Shown: piece after piece, positions 30,290 to 43,600 of the stretch
Layout: the number at the start of each line of letters is the position of its first letter
Position numbering within the stretch: the first letter of the stretch is position 1
Assembly: GCF_964355755.1 (NCBI RefSeq)
Contig: NC_092679.1
Location: 24,597,432-24,661,431 of the forward strand
Source: Antedon mediterranea
Taxonomy: Eukaryota > Animalia > Echinodermata
DNA length: 64,000 bases
Direction: 5' to 3'
Translations under genes and position numbers: made by a program
Notes under the pieces: generated by a model
The model's database searches: none
Told to the model about the DNA's origin: nothing
The model's input: the letters and a program-made list of their open reading frames with translations, nothing else

Positions 30290-32402
30290 TCTGTATGCGG
30301 TTTAGGGACTCTTGGTGTTTTCTGTATGCGGTTTAGGGACTCTTGGTGTTTTCTGTATGCGGTTTAGGGACTCTTGGTGTTTTCTGTATGCGGTTTAGGG
30401 ACTCTTGGTGTTTTCTGTATGCTGTTTAGGGACTCTTGGTGTTTTCTGTATGCGGTTTAGGGACTCTTGGTGTTTTCTGTATGCTGTTTAGGGACTCTTG
30501 GTGTTTTTTGTATGCGGTTTAGGGACTCTTGATGTTTTCTGTATGCGGTTTAGGGACTCTTGGTGTTTTCTGTATGCGGTTTAGGGACTCTTGGTGTTTT
30601 CTGTATGCGGTTTAGGGACTCTTGGTGTTTTCTGTATGCTGTTTAGGGACTCTTGGTGTTTTCTGTATGCTGTTTAGGGACTCTTGGTGTTTTCTGTATG
30701 CGGTTTAGGGACTCTTGGTGTTTTCTGTATGCTGTTTAGGGACTCTTGGTGTTTTCTGTATGCGGTTTAGGGACTCTTGATGTTTTCTGTATGCGGTTTA
30801 GGGACTCTTGGTGTTTTCTGTATGCGGTTTAGGGACTCTTGGTGTTTTCTGTATGCGGTTTAGGGACTCTTGGTGTTTTCTGTATGCGGTTTAGGGACTC
30901 TTGGTGTTTTCTGTATGCTGTTTAGGGACTCTTGGTGTTTTCTGTATGCTGTTTAGGGACTCTTGGTGTTTTCTGTATGCGGTTTAGGGACTCTTGGTGT
31001 TTTCTGTATGCTGTTTAGGGACTCTTGGTGTTTTCTGTATGCGGTTTAGGGACTCTTGATGTTTTCTGTATGCGGTTTAGGGACTCTTGGTGTTTTCTGT
31101 ATGCGGTTTAGGGACTCTTGGTGTTTTCTGTATGCGGTTTAGGGACTCTTGGTGTTTTCTGTATGCTGTTTAGGGACTCTTGGTGTTTTCTGTATGCTGT
31201 TTAGGGACTCTTGGTGTTTTCTGTATGCGGTTTAGGGACTCTTGGTGTTTTCTGTATGCTGTTTAGGGACTCTTGGTGTTTTCTGTATGCGGTTTAGGGA
31301 CTCTTGATGTTTTCTGTATGCGGTTTAGGGACTCTTGGTGTTTTCTGTATGCGGTTTAGGGACTCTTGGTGTTTTCTGTATGCTGTTTAGGGACTCTTGG
31401 TGTTTTCTGTATGCTGTTTAGGGACTCTTGATGTTTTCTGTATTGCGGTTTAGGGACTCTTGGTGTTTTCTGTATGCTGTTTAGGGACTCTTGGTGTTTT
31501 CTGTATGCGGTTTAGGGACTCTTGGTGTTTTCTGTATGCTGTTTAGGGACTCTTGGTGTTTTCTGTATGCTGTTTAGGGACTCTTGGTGTTTTCTGTATG
31601 CTGTTTAGGGACTCTTGATGTTTTCTGTATGCTGTTTAGGGACTCTTGGTGTTTTCTGTATGCTGTTTAGGGACTCTTGATGTTTTCTGTATGCGGTTTA
31701 GGGACTCTTGGTGTTTTCTGTATGCTGTTTAGGGACTCTTGGTGTTTTCTGTATGCGGTTTAGGGACTCTTGATGTTTTCTGTATGCTGTTTAGGGACTC
31801 TTGGTGTTTTCTGTATGCGGTTTAGGGACTCTTGGTGTTTTCTGTATGCTGTTTAGGGACTCTTGGTGTTTTCTGTATGCGGTTTAGGGACTCTTGGTGT
31901 TTTCTGTATGCTGTTTAGGGACTCTTGGTGTTTTCTGTATGCGGTTTTTAGGGACTCTTGGTGTTTTCTGTATGCAGTTTAGGGACTCTTGGTGTTTTCT
32001 GTATGCGGTTTAGGGACTCTTGGTGTTTTCTGTATGCTGTTTAGGGACTCTTGGTGTTTTCTGTATGCGGTTTAGGGACTCTTGATGTTTTCTGTATGCG
32101 GTTTAGGGACTCTTGGTGTTTTCTGTATGCTGTTTAGGGACTCTTGGTGTTTTCTGTATGCGGTTTAGGGACTCTTGGTGTTTTCTGTATGCTGTTTAGG
32201 GACTCTTGGTGTTTTCTGTATGCTGTTTAGGGACTCTTGGTGTTTTCTGTATGCGGTTTAGGGACTCTTGATGTTTTCTGTATTGCGGTTTAGGGACTCT
32301 TGGTGTTTTCTGTATGCTGTTTAGGGACTCTTGGTGTTTTCTGTATGCGGTTTAGGGACTCTTGGTGTTTTCTGTATGCGGTTTAGGGATTCTTGGTGTT
32401 TT
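30290..32402. repeat. 31-bp minisatellite (TCTGTATGCKGTTTAGGGACTCTTGRTGTTT), ~68 copies
   Basis: Tandem repeat read directly; two main variant positions. Confidence 0.98.
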
Positions 32403-33242
32403 GATGTTTTATTATATGACTTATGTTTTTACTTGTTATTGTATGGATTGCTAAGTAAAGTATGACGGTTTATAAAATCTATTAATTGAATATAGTATAC
32501 CAAATATCGCCGAGGATCAGCCTATTTTATTACAGTCGACTCGATTATTGTAAATGCCTACGATGTATAATTAGTGACGTGCGTGCAACGCGACTCTACA
32601 GCTCACTAACACTAACTTGAGCACGCGCGACTGCAGTCATGTATATGACCTTGTTTGTATTAGCCTTACTATACTCGATTACTCTACCTGAGAAATGCCT
32701 ATAGGCCAATTTTCATAAAAATCACGATGAGCTAAAAAAACAAAAATTGTTTCCATGCCAACGTCCAGTCATTATTTTCAATCGTTCCAATAATCTGATT
32801 TAATACACTAATTCAAAACGATTGCCAGTCAATTAATTTTTAATAATATCCAATTCTGGGTAGTCCCGATATAATAATAATAAGTTTATGTTATCTTGTG
32901 TCTTATATTGATCTAGCTTTCCCATTTAATTATGTCGCGAAAATGCAATTCAATATTCCACTACCCATGAGATTTTATTTATCCATCCAAGGTTTCAAGA
33001 TTCAATTTATAAAATGAAAAGTTGTTTTCCAGAGCTTAAGCAAAATACAGTTATATTTAAAACGTAAATATAACCATGACGTACATTTAAATAAAAACAA
33101 AATGGTTAAAACGAACGTCCGCGGTTCAAAGACTCTCTTTTACCATATATATTTTGTGTTTTGTAGCAATAAAAAAAATGTTTCGACAATTCATTGTATT
33201 TTGTAATATTTGTTATTGTTTTATTCTTCTATCCATTTTTTA

Positions 33243-33553
33243 TGCGTGGTTCCCACTATGAACGCAACGCAGCTACGTATCGACGCAAAGTGCTGTATTG
33301 CGTAATCAAAATGACAGTGCTGCAGAACATCGCTACGGGAACGCAACGACGCAAGGCAAAAGAACACTGGATCGGAAAATATAGTACAGTCGTACTCAAA
33401 AGTAGGCCTACGCGTGGTAAACCAGGTCAATGTCTATGGCTGGCATGATACGTTGACGCGCAACAAGCAGGTTTACGCAGACGGGGGAAAACACAATTAT
33501 TGGAAGGGCATACGTTTGCGTCGGTTGCGTTGCATTGCGTCGCTAGTGGAAAC
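33243..33553. mobile_element. MITE family B copy (long variant)
   Basis: GCGTGGTTCCCACTA / CTAGTGGAAAC ends; interior homologous to 28639-28933. Confidence 0.72.
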
Positions 33554-34224
33554 GATTGAATAAATAAATTGAAATTTAATCGTATGTAAATTAAAAGTAT
33601 GTTTGCTATCACTGAGACAAAAGTGAAAGTCTAAACATGTATTTATTTACTCTCAACATACTTATATTTACACTGCAATCCTACATATTCAGATTTTCTT
33701 GGTTTAGGCCTATTCTATACAAATGAGAAACGTATTTAATTTTTGGAAGAAGGCCTACACATAGTTTGAATACTTGTTGTCGGACTAATCAAATTTAGAT
33801 ACTTCATCCCACTTACGTCATAGCCGTTATTTCGTAAGCCAATCAAATGGCTCTTGTATTTGATAAAAGTGAGTCGTCTGATCTTTTATCTTCTGGTATC
33901 GTCTGATCAATATCAGAAAGAAGATACGGTAAACGAGGAAGGAGCGATTATCCTCGAATACGTTTAAAGAAAACCATAACCGGTTACGAATACGTTTAAA
34001 GAAGATGCGGTAAACGTTTACGAATACTTAAAAAAAACGGTAAACTTTTACGAATTCGTTTAAAGAAGATACGGTAAACGATGGAGCGATTATACTCGAA
34101 CACGCTCCTACGCGTCATTGTGATGTTATCTGTCTATAATTATATTCGTAAGTTGATCTATCAGATTTATATTTATTGTTTTGTTTATAATTTATATTTT
34201 ATTTGAAGGTTTTAATGGCGAATT

Positions 34225-34570
34225 CAAATGTTGATATAAAGTTTGCAGTACACAATGTATATTAGTTCTGAAATATGCTTTGATCGTCCTCAGGAGTGAG
34301 GAGGGGAGGAGAAGGGAGTTAAGCGTGGTTCCCACTAGCAACGCAACGCAAGGACGTAACGCAACGCAAGTGAATTGACCAATCACAAGCGATGGCTTAT
34401 TCGCTTGTGATTGCTAACTGTCTATAACTTCGCTTGTCATTGGTTAAAACGTTTGCGTTGCGTTTACGTCCTTGCGTTACGTTCTAGTGGGAACCAAGCT
34501 TTAAGGACGATCAAAGCATATTGATCGAAACGTCGAAAACTGAACAGTTCTTTCCAGAACTAATATACCT
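34225..34570. mobile_element. Inverted Penelope-like termini with hammerhead-like motif, interrupted by a family B MITE
   Basis: AATATGCTTTGATCGTCCT mirrored by AGGACGATCAAAGCATATT, which continues GATCGAAACGTCG; shared flank with 19274-19427. Confidence 0.5.
34322..34500. mobile_element. MITE family B copy
   Basis: Intact TIRs, TTA target duplication, internally near-palindromic. Confidence 0.85.
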
Positions 34571-34634
34571 TAATTGTTTATAATTACTATAATAATGTAA
34601 AATTAGAGCGTACAGATTTTCCTACAAAGAAAAA

Positions 34635-37600
34635 ATGATGATAATGATAGTGTATGTCGTATTTTGGTCGATGTTGTGCTGTAAACTGCTCATAATTGTC
34701 TCATTGATTTTTACTATACTAATATGTTATATATGTGTGTAGGTACATTTGTGTTTAACCCCAAGGCGTAACTGATAATACTATAGGCCTATACTAATGT
34801 TTAAATTGTCATTATAGCGTTATTCATGTTCCTGATAACAAATGTATTAATTTGGTATTTAAAATAATTTGCTCACAAGATCGTGTCGACTGTTGTGACG
34901 TTATGTTTGGATCTTCTTGCTATACTTTCACCTGTATTGTTATTGGTCATCCTGTTGATGATTATAAATCATGGACAGAGGTGGAACAAATGTGTAATAA
35001 TAACGGAGGTAATCTAGTGAGTTTCAACACACAAGATGAACTCGAATCTGTAAAGGTGGAAGCGGAGAAATTGACCACACCATGTACAAATAACTTTTTC
35101 ATAGGCTTAAAACGTGACGCGGATTTACCAAGAACAAGCGCTGCTAGTTGGAAATGGTCCTCGGGTGAAAGTGGAACTCCAATTGGAACTGTCCTTAATT
35201 GGGCCGATGGAGGAGAACCGAATATAGGTGACGCACAAAATGCAGGGGTATATGTAACATTTGATGGAGAAAGCAGCAAAATATTTGACTTAAAGAAAGA
35301 AGAGAAAGAATCTGCTGTTCTTGGATATATCTGTGAGAAATCTGGTGAGTTTAAAAATATAAATAGCTACGATCGCATTTATTTCTTGACCCCACCACTT
35401 TAGATAGTACTTAACTTCTTTTGACACCTTATTATATAAATTACCGTTCATACTCATTAACTATGGTGGGGAACGGCAACCCTACACATGCCTCTGCTCT
35501 CATTTTTTGTAATCGATGAGTTCCTCTTTAATCATTAAAGAAAACTGGGTAATTTACTTTCATTTTTACAGATCCGACAACTCTTGGAATGACAACAGAC
35601 GTAATTGAAACCCCGACACCTCTTGACCTCTTGACAACCGATGGAGAGAACAGTTATCAAGATGTAGAGATTGTAACGGTCACAGACGAAGTAGATGTTG
35701 TAGAGAGTGACGAATACACATCAATAGATGAATTTACGTCCTCACCTGAGGATGAATTTGAGACAAGTGCCGACTTTACTTGGCTACAGACCGAATCTGA
35801 AGTTGGATCTCGCTCAACAGCAGGTAGGGAATTTTAGACTTGCGCTGCGTGTCCACTATGTCGGCTGCTACCCCAATGACGTCAGTTTTATGATATGCCC
35901 ATGCGCAAGTCGACTGGCACGTACGTCGACTGCCAATGTTGAGAACTTGTTCAGTGGCATTTTGCCGTTCGGTCTCTCTGACATCAATACAAGTGCACGT
36001 ATGACGTCATAACACTGTAAAAGTTTACAAAATCATTGCGGAGAATAATAATAATAATAAATAACATTTATAAAGCGCAAGAGACAAAGGTTTCAAAGCG
36101 CTGTGTTTTCCAAGATCTGTGCAAGTAGTAGCGTGCGATTATGCTTCTCTGAAGAGATGAGTTTTGAGTTTAGTTTTAAATGTGATAACAGATTTTGATG
36201 ATTTTCTGACAATGTAGAAAAGTGATTTTCAGTTAAATGTAAATGTCCACTTAATCTAAAAGTTGTATCTGTCGATGGGAACAGTCGACTACGACCCATG
36301 TATAGACGTGACCGCCGTGTGGACGTTCACTCAATCTAAAAGTCCCTAATATTTATTTACAGAAACTACGATGACTTCAGAAACCTCTGAAAACCCAAAT
36401 TATTTCTCAGTAGAAAATACTGATAGTGTGTCAGCAATTACCACTACTGATAGGCATACTACTAGTAGCATTACTACTACAACTACTACTACTGTTACCA
36501 CTACTAAAAACGTAAGTGAATAATGTTGGTAAAGATGTATCTTGTCTTGATACGAAAGTACAGCTTTGTTTGTCGTTAAAACTAAAGATGACAAATAATT
36601 CATGTCAACAATCATGACAAAAATGATATAATGACATAAACAAATATGTTTTGCCATAATAATAATAATTTGTTCTTATTGTACAGAACAACGACCTAGA
36701 AGTTCACATACAGGATTTAAATTCACAGGAACAGACGCTTGTTGTAGAATTTTCAAACAACGATGATCAAACAACATCGATAGAAATTTCATCTGATGTG
36801 TCAGGTAAGTTGTAAACATAATATCTTAATTTTGAAATTGATGTTATAGATGGATTCCTCCAGATAAAAAGAAATACGGAAATTTTTCGACATCATGCTG
36901 TCTAGTAAAGTTGTTGACCGTATAGTAATTTCCTCTTTGTCGCGTGCAGTCTGGTTTAAGATGTTGATCATGAACAACCCTTTATTACCTTTTGAAATTT
37001 CAATGTTATAAAAATGATCGATTTCAAGGGTAGATTTTAATATACTTTATGATAATCATAAATAACGTTTATTGCTGTCTCATAAACTTCTAGGCCTATA
37101 AGAACACACACAAAAAAACTTTTTTCAGTAAAAAAATGTCGTTACTGCAGTAACTACAGTAGATTCCTAAGGAAGAATCTGGTGGAGAATCGGATGTGGG
37201 ATATCAATCTATGGTAGAATTTGTTTAGACAAGTTGATTTTTTCTTGCTAGTTGGAAGCATTATTGCTTTCAGTGGTGTTAGTGGACAGTCTATATCAAC
37301 CACATTGATCATACCGGAATCAACGCAGCTAACCAGTATTTTACGGATTAAAACCAACATAACTACAAACTACAGCGGTAATTATTTCTTATTGTCACGT
37401 TATTTCTTGTTGTCACAACAGAAATCTTACTGTAGGCTCTACACCTGGCATAGATTATAATAAAAAAACTTCAAAAATTCAATTCATGATATTTTGTTGA
37501 GTGTTTTATACTTTAAAAGAGGTGTATGCCAAATTGGTACATAACTTTGCTATTATTTTTATATAACACAGATATTGTCATCTATTCGGTGTACTCGAAG

Positions 37601-40600
37601 ACGGAAGAAGAAAGTGGATCAGTGGTTAATATTATAGAGTAAGATTGCGATTTGTAGCGCTGCTCAAAGAAATATGATTTATAAGGTCATAGGTCATACT
37701 AAATAGTAGTGTTTCTTCCGTAGAAAATAATCGTTTGATAACGATTATATGATTGATTAGAATACGACACTCCAAATGATGATGATTTTTTTTTTTTTTT
37801 GTTAAATGTATATTAACTATAACATTAAACTTTTACAGGGGCGGTAACGCTACTCTTTACAGTGGAATATACAGTTACACTGTTTATGACGGTGTTGGCT
37901 ACTCTTCAGTTTCAACTAATGTCACACACACATTTAAGCATTCGGGTGAGGTTAGTATTCATGCATATTTATATATACATTATTATTAGCATCATCCACA
38001 CTTGTTGCATTCATTCCTATTCAGATCAGTTGCGTTACGTGATTGTGTTGCGTCTCTCTACCAGCGTGATTAAAACACACTCTAAATGAGTTAATATTAC
38101 CAACATTGAAGTTACTTAGGAAAACAAACTTGTTAAAACTCATGGAACAATAAGCAAACGTTGTTAAACCTTATACAAAGAGCTCTACTGTTTCATAACA
38201 CGTTTTTAAATTACATTTAAATTTCAGTACTTGTTAAATTTGGAGTTGAATGAAACTGAAGATGCGCAGCTAATTTGCACCTTTTGGGACGACATTCACA
38301 GGTTTGTAGTTTTACAAGATTAATATTCAAATACTCAAATTAATTTGTATTTAGTAGTTATACCGTATTACCTGAAAAATGTATAATTTTAATTTGATGT
38401 GAAATAAATATCAGTAAAAACCGTCTAGTCTAAAGCTCTGTGACAAAAATATATGGACATGATGATGTCATATCACTACTACAATCGTTAAGCATATCAA
38501 ATTATATGGACATGATGATGTCATATCACTACTACAATCGTTAAGCATATCAAAGAGCTTTTAAAGAAACAAAATGAAATGCTACTTTTTATTAATCTTT
38601 GCTCGTCGTTTCTAGGTCTTTCTCGACATACGGATGTGCCACTCACAATGACGCTGAAAATAATGTGACGTCATGCCTTTTTATTAATCTTTGCTCGTTG
38701 TTTCTAGGTCTTTCTCGACATACGGATGTGCCACTCACAATGACGCTGAAAATAATGTGACGTCATGCCAGTGCACTCATACTACCAATTTTGCGTTGCT
38801 TGTTCAAGTTACTGAAAACGAGGTTTGGAAGTTATTTTATATTTTATAGTCCTAAAACCATTATATTAATTGTGCTTTTTTATAATTAGATTGGTATTTT
38901 ATTATCATGCCTATGTTTCAGGTCTATTTCAAATAGGAAAACATACATATATTAACATTTTAAACACTACTACGATACTCCTGTTGAATTTGCATAAAAT
39001 GTTGTGAGACCTTCTAGTTCTGATTTATTGTTAATCATTGGTAAACTTTCAATACAGTATTTGATAAGCAAATTTAAATTTAGTAGCAACGGAACTTGAT
39101 ATTAACAATTGGATGTATTGTGTGCGTCAACCCCCTCCCCCAAATGAAATTCATACTGACATTAACAAAATAACGCACATCATTTGACGAATGATGACTT
39201 AATTTAATATCCCTGAATCAATTTTTCATAACTTTATTTTGTTAATATTCCGTCATTAATCATTTTTCAATGATAGCCTACATCAATAAAACTAATAAAC
39301 TTATATCATTGTGGTCGTCGGACAATAAGCATCATAAAAGAAATTAATTTAAAAACAAATCGTGGTGAGTCGTAATCATTATATAAGGCTAAATGCAACT
39401 GGTCACTCGCGGTTTCTTTCTGAGCAGTAATATAATACGCTTGGTCAGCGGTGCTCCGTTTTTTATTAGCGCCTAAATTTTCTCTGGTAGGCATAGCAGT
39501 ATAGATAATTATTTTTCATTGACTTAATAGGTCGAGGGTGTGCATGAAAACATCCTGAAGTACATCACACTGGTTGGTCTTTCAATTTCATTGGTTGCTT
39601 TGTTAATCACGTTGTTTGTGTACATTTTTCTCTGGTAATTTTGCCATACTTATTCTTTCTCCTGATTATTGGCGTTAGATTAGGAAGTTCACAGGGTACA
39701 TCTGGAAAGCAAATCTGCTTTCAACAAAACAAAATGATGTAGGCCTACCACATATTCTATATAAGGAGCAATAGAGAATTCCATCAAAAAATTATTTAGT
39801 CTATGATTTCTGTATCGTACAATACCGTACAACTGTTGCTACTTCGTGATGTGTCTGATTAAACTTGTATAGCTAGCTCTAAATCGCTGAACTTATCACC
39901 CCATTCTATACGTCAAACCAACACACGTCCAGTACCAATATTTTAGTCCGCTACAGGAAATATATCGATTATTTTTAGGTTGATAGAATATGTAACATTA
40001 ATAATGTCTTCTTTCTTTTATTAAAGGGAATTGTGGAACTGCCTTAGGAATAACATCCATAAGAACCTGGTTGCATGCATGGTTGTCTTTAATGCATTGT
40101 TTGTTTTTGGTGCCGATAAAACTGAACACGAGGTATAGTGTTACAAATGTTTCATAAACTTAGTGCCATTATCAGTTAATAATGTACCGTCTTAGAAAAT
40201 GTTCAATTAGTATCAAAACATACGTTTTATTATGGTATTGCAAATTAAAAAATTGTACTAGAAAAGTTCGAAATAAACATAATAGCATATCTCAACGTTT
40301 TTCTATATTATAAGATATTAAAGTAATTAGTGGACCCTGATGATATGTCAATATATCTTAATACTTTAATATCAAGTTCCGTTGCTACTAAATTTAAATT
40401 TGCTTATCAAATACTGTATTGAAAGTTTACCAATAATTAACAATAAATCATAACTAGACATTATTATTATAGAATAACATCACCGACGTCACTACTTAAT
40501 TAAAGCAATAACACTACTTTAAAATGAAACAAATCGATATCTATGGTAAAACTAACATTTATTCTGTTCGTACAAAAGTGTGATATTTAGTTAGAAAAAT

Positions 40601-43600
40601 GATAAAAGGTCTTTCTAAGGGACGTAGATATTTACCATTTTTAGGGTATGTTTATTGTAGCGACTTATGTCCCATTAAATGGTAATGATTTAGTTATTGG
40701 TACGGTAACTGCATAATAAAATAACAACATTGTCACTAATTTCAGGATAGTTGTCGTGTAATTGCTATACTGCTTCATTACTTCTTATTGTGTATGTTTA
40801 CATGGATGGCGGCTGAAGCAGTCTACATACTAGATAAAGTGGTTCGCAAGACAACAAGCAAATGGAATAGACTGAAATATTATCTGATTGTCTGCTATTC
40901 GATTCCCGCCATTATCGTAGCAGTAACGATTTCTTTCTCACCGGACAATTATGCTACAGATGGAATGTAAGCCTTTATTTGATTAAACAACAGTAATACA
41001 AAATAAATGATTTAATGGCTGCAAACGATTGTTTTGGTGTATAAGCTTAAAGTTTGTTGAACTTATTTCCCCGCCAGCACACAATCACCTGTAGGCTACA
41101 TTATAAATAGTTTATGTAATAGATATTTCTTTGTATGGAAAATTAATCAATCTTAATTTTTTATATGAAATGAATATGAAATGATAAAGTTAATTCCTGT
41201 AACAATAACGAATCGCTGTATATCGTTCAGAAAGTACAGTCACATTACGAACAATAGGTATTGTGACAATGATAATGTATGTACGTTTTTATTTAATTAT
41301 TATGAGTGATTATACAGTCGTAAATGATCTTGTTTATTTCTAGCTGTTGGCTGGACGTCAGCAGTGGGGCGATATTTGCATTTCTGGTTCCAATGTACAT
41401 TATCCTCATTGTAAGTTGAATAAGTTTATTTCAGTTTAATAATAATTAGCCTACCCCTGAATGTCTACGGACACGTTCTTCATAAAGATATTTTCTTCTC
41501 TTCAGTACAGTAAATGTCCTTACATGTATGTACTATTGGACGATTGTTAAATAGTACATACTATTGCACGCCATGTGATCCATACTCGTCCAATCAAATG
41601 GTAGGAAGTCATTTAGGTTTTACAGTATAATAAATGTTATTACATGTATCCTATGAGCAAAATTGATTAACATGTGCGTGCTACGTGTTATAAAAAATTT
41701 TTACTATTAGTTTTCTTTTTTAATAATTTTAATAATGAAAGAACAATGTTTTAAATTTGTTTATGAATTTATTGGCAGTTTAATGTTATGGTGACATTAA
41801 AAGCTGTAAAAGTAATTTACGAAAGAAGTAAAGGAAGAGTGGCCAGTCATCCATTGGAATCAACATCAATGTCAAAACCAGTGAAGCAATCCACGGCAAC
41901 AAAAACAGTCAAAGAAGCACACAAAGTAGAAAACCAGCAGATGAAGTAAGATAGAGTAGTCTACTGGTTATTAAGTAAGATAGAGTAGTCTACTGGTTAT
42001 TAAGTAAGATAGAGTAGTCTACTGGTTATTAAGTAAGATAGAGTAGTCTACTGGTTATTAAGTAAGATAGAGTAGTCTACTGGTTATTAAGTAAGATAGA
42101 GTAGTCTACTGGTTATGAAGTAAGATAGAGTAGTCTACTGGTTATTAAGTAAGATAGAGTAGTCTACTGGTTATTAAGTAAGATAGAGTAGTCTACTGGT
42201 TATTAAGTAAGATAGAGTAGTCTACTGGTTATTAAGTAAGATAGAGTAGTCTACTGGTTATTAAGTAAGATAGAGTAGTCTACTGGTTATTAAGTAAGAT
42301 AGAGTAGTCTACTGGTTATTAAGTAAGATAGAGTAGTCTACTGGTTATTAAGTAAGATAGAGTAGTCTACTGGTTATTAAGTAAGATAGAGTAGTCTACT
42401 GGTTATTAAGTAAGATAGAGTAGTCTACTGGTTATTAAGTAAGATAGAGTAGTCTACTGGTTATGAAGTAAGATAGAGTAGTCTACTGGTTATTAAGTAA
42501 GATAGAGTAGTCTACTGGTTATTAAGTAAGATAGAGTAGTCTACTGGTTATTAAGTAAGATAGAGTAGTCTACTGGTCATTAAGTAAGATAGAGTAGTCT
42601 ACTGGTTATTAAGTAAGATAGAGTAGTCTACTGGTTATTAAGTAAGATATAGTAGTCTACTGGTTATTAAGTAAGATAGAGTAGTCTACTGGTTATTAAG
42701 TAAGATAGAGTAGTTTACTGGTTATTAAGTAAGATAGAGTAGTCTACTGGTTATTAAGTAAGATAGAGTAGTCTACTGGTTATTAAGTAAGATAGAGTAG
42801 TCTACTGGTTATTAAGTAAGATAGAGTAGTCTACTGGTTATTAAGTAAGATAGAGTAGTCTACTGGTTATTAATGTGCTAGAGTAGTCTACTGGTTATGA
42901 AGTAAGATAGAGTAGTCTACTGGTTATTAAGTAAGATAGAGTTGTCTACTGGTTATTAAGTAAGATAGAGTAGTCTACTGGTTATTAAGTAAGATAGAGT
43001 AGTCTACTGGTTATTAAGTAAGATAGAGTAGTCTACTGGTTATTAATGTGCTTGGATGCCTTCCAAACATATTGTTTAATCCTGACCTAGTGTTAGGGTT
43101 GTAACTCTTTCTACTCCACTCCCTACTGTAAGAATTGAAATAATATGGTCCTGAGGTATTACTGCGATCACCTCGGAATGGTACTGTTGTTAAGTTATTA
43201 TAGTCGATTTCGTTGTTCATTTAGGCCTACTACTACAGTAACTGTATAAGTGTTATCGTGTAATTACTGTATAGTGTATTATTATGTTCGATCACCTCGG
43301 AATGTACGGTTAAGTTATTTACAGTCGATTTCATTGTTCATAGCAATGACTACTAGTACTACGGTATTAGTTTTAGCTATGTAATTTCTGTTTATTTTTA
43401 TAGGAGGACATTGCGGGGAATGCTAGTTCTGATTCCTATATTTGGCCTTACTTGGTTGTTTGCTATATTTGCATTCGATTCTGAACACGTGTTGTTTCAG
43501 TACCTGTTCGCCATCAGCAACTCATTTCAAGGGGTTTATATCTTCATCATTTATTGTCTGCAGGACAAGAAGGTAAACTAAATGTATTTTTAAATGTGGA

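Noticed and set aside
30290-32402. CRISPR-like or telomeric array
   Set aside because: Units are contiguous with no unique spacers, no cas genes, eukaryotic context; TTTAGGG occurs once per 31 bp, not as a telomeric tract
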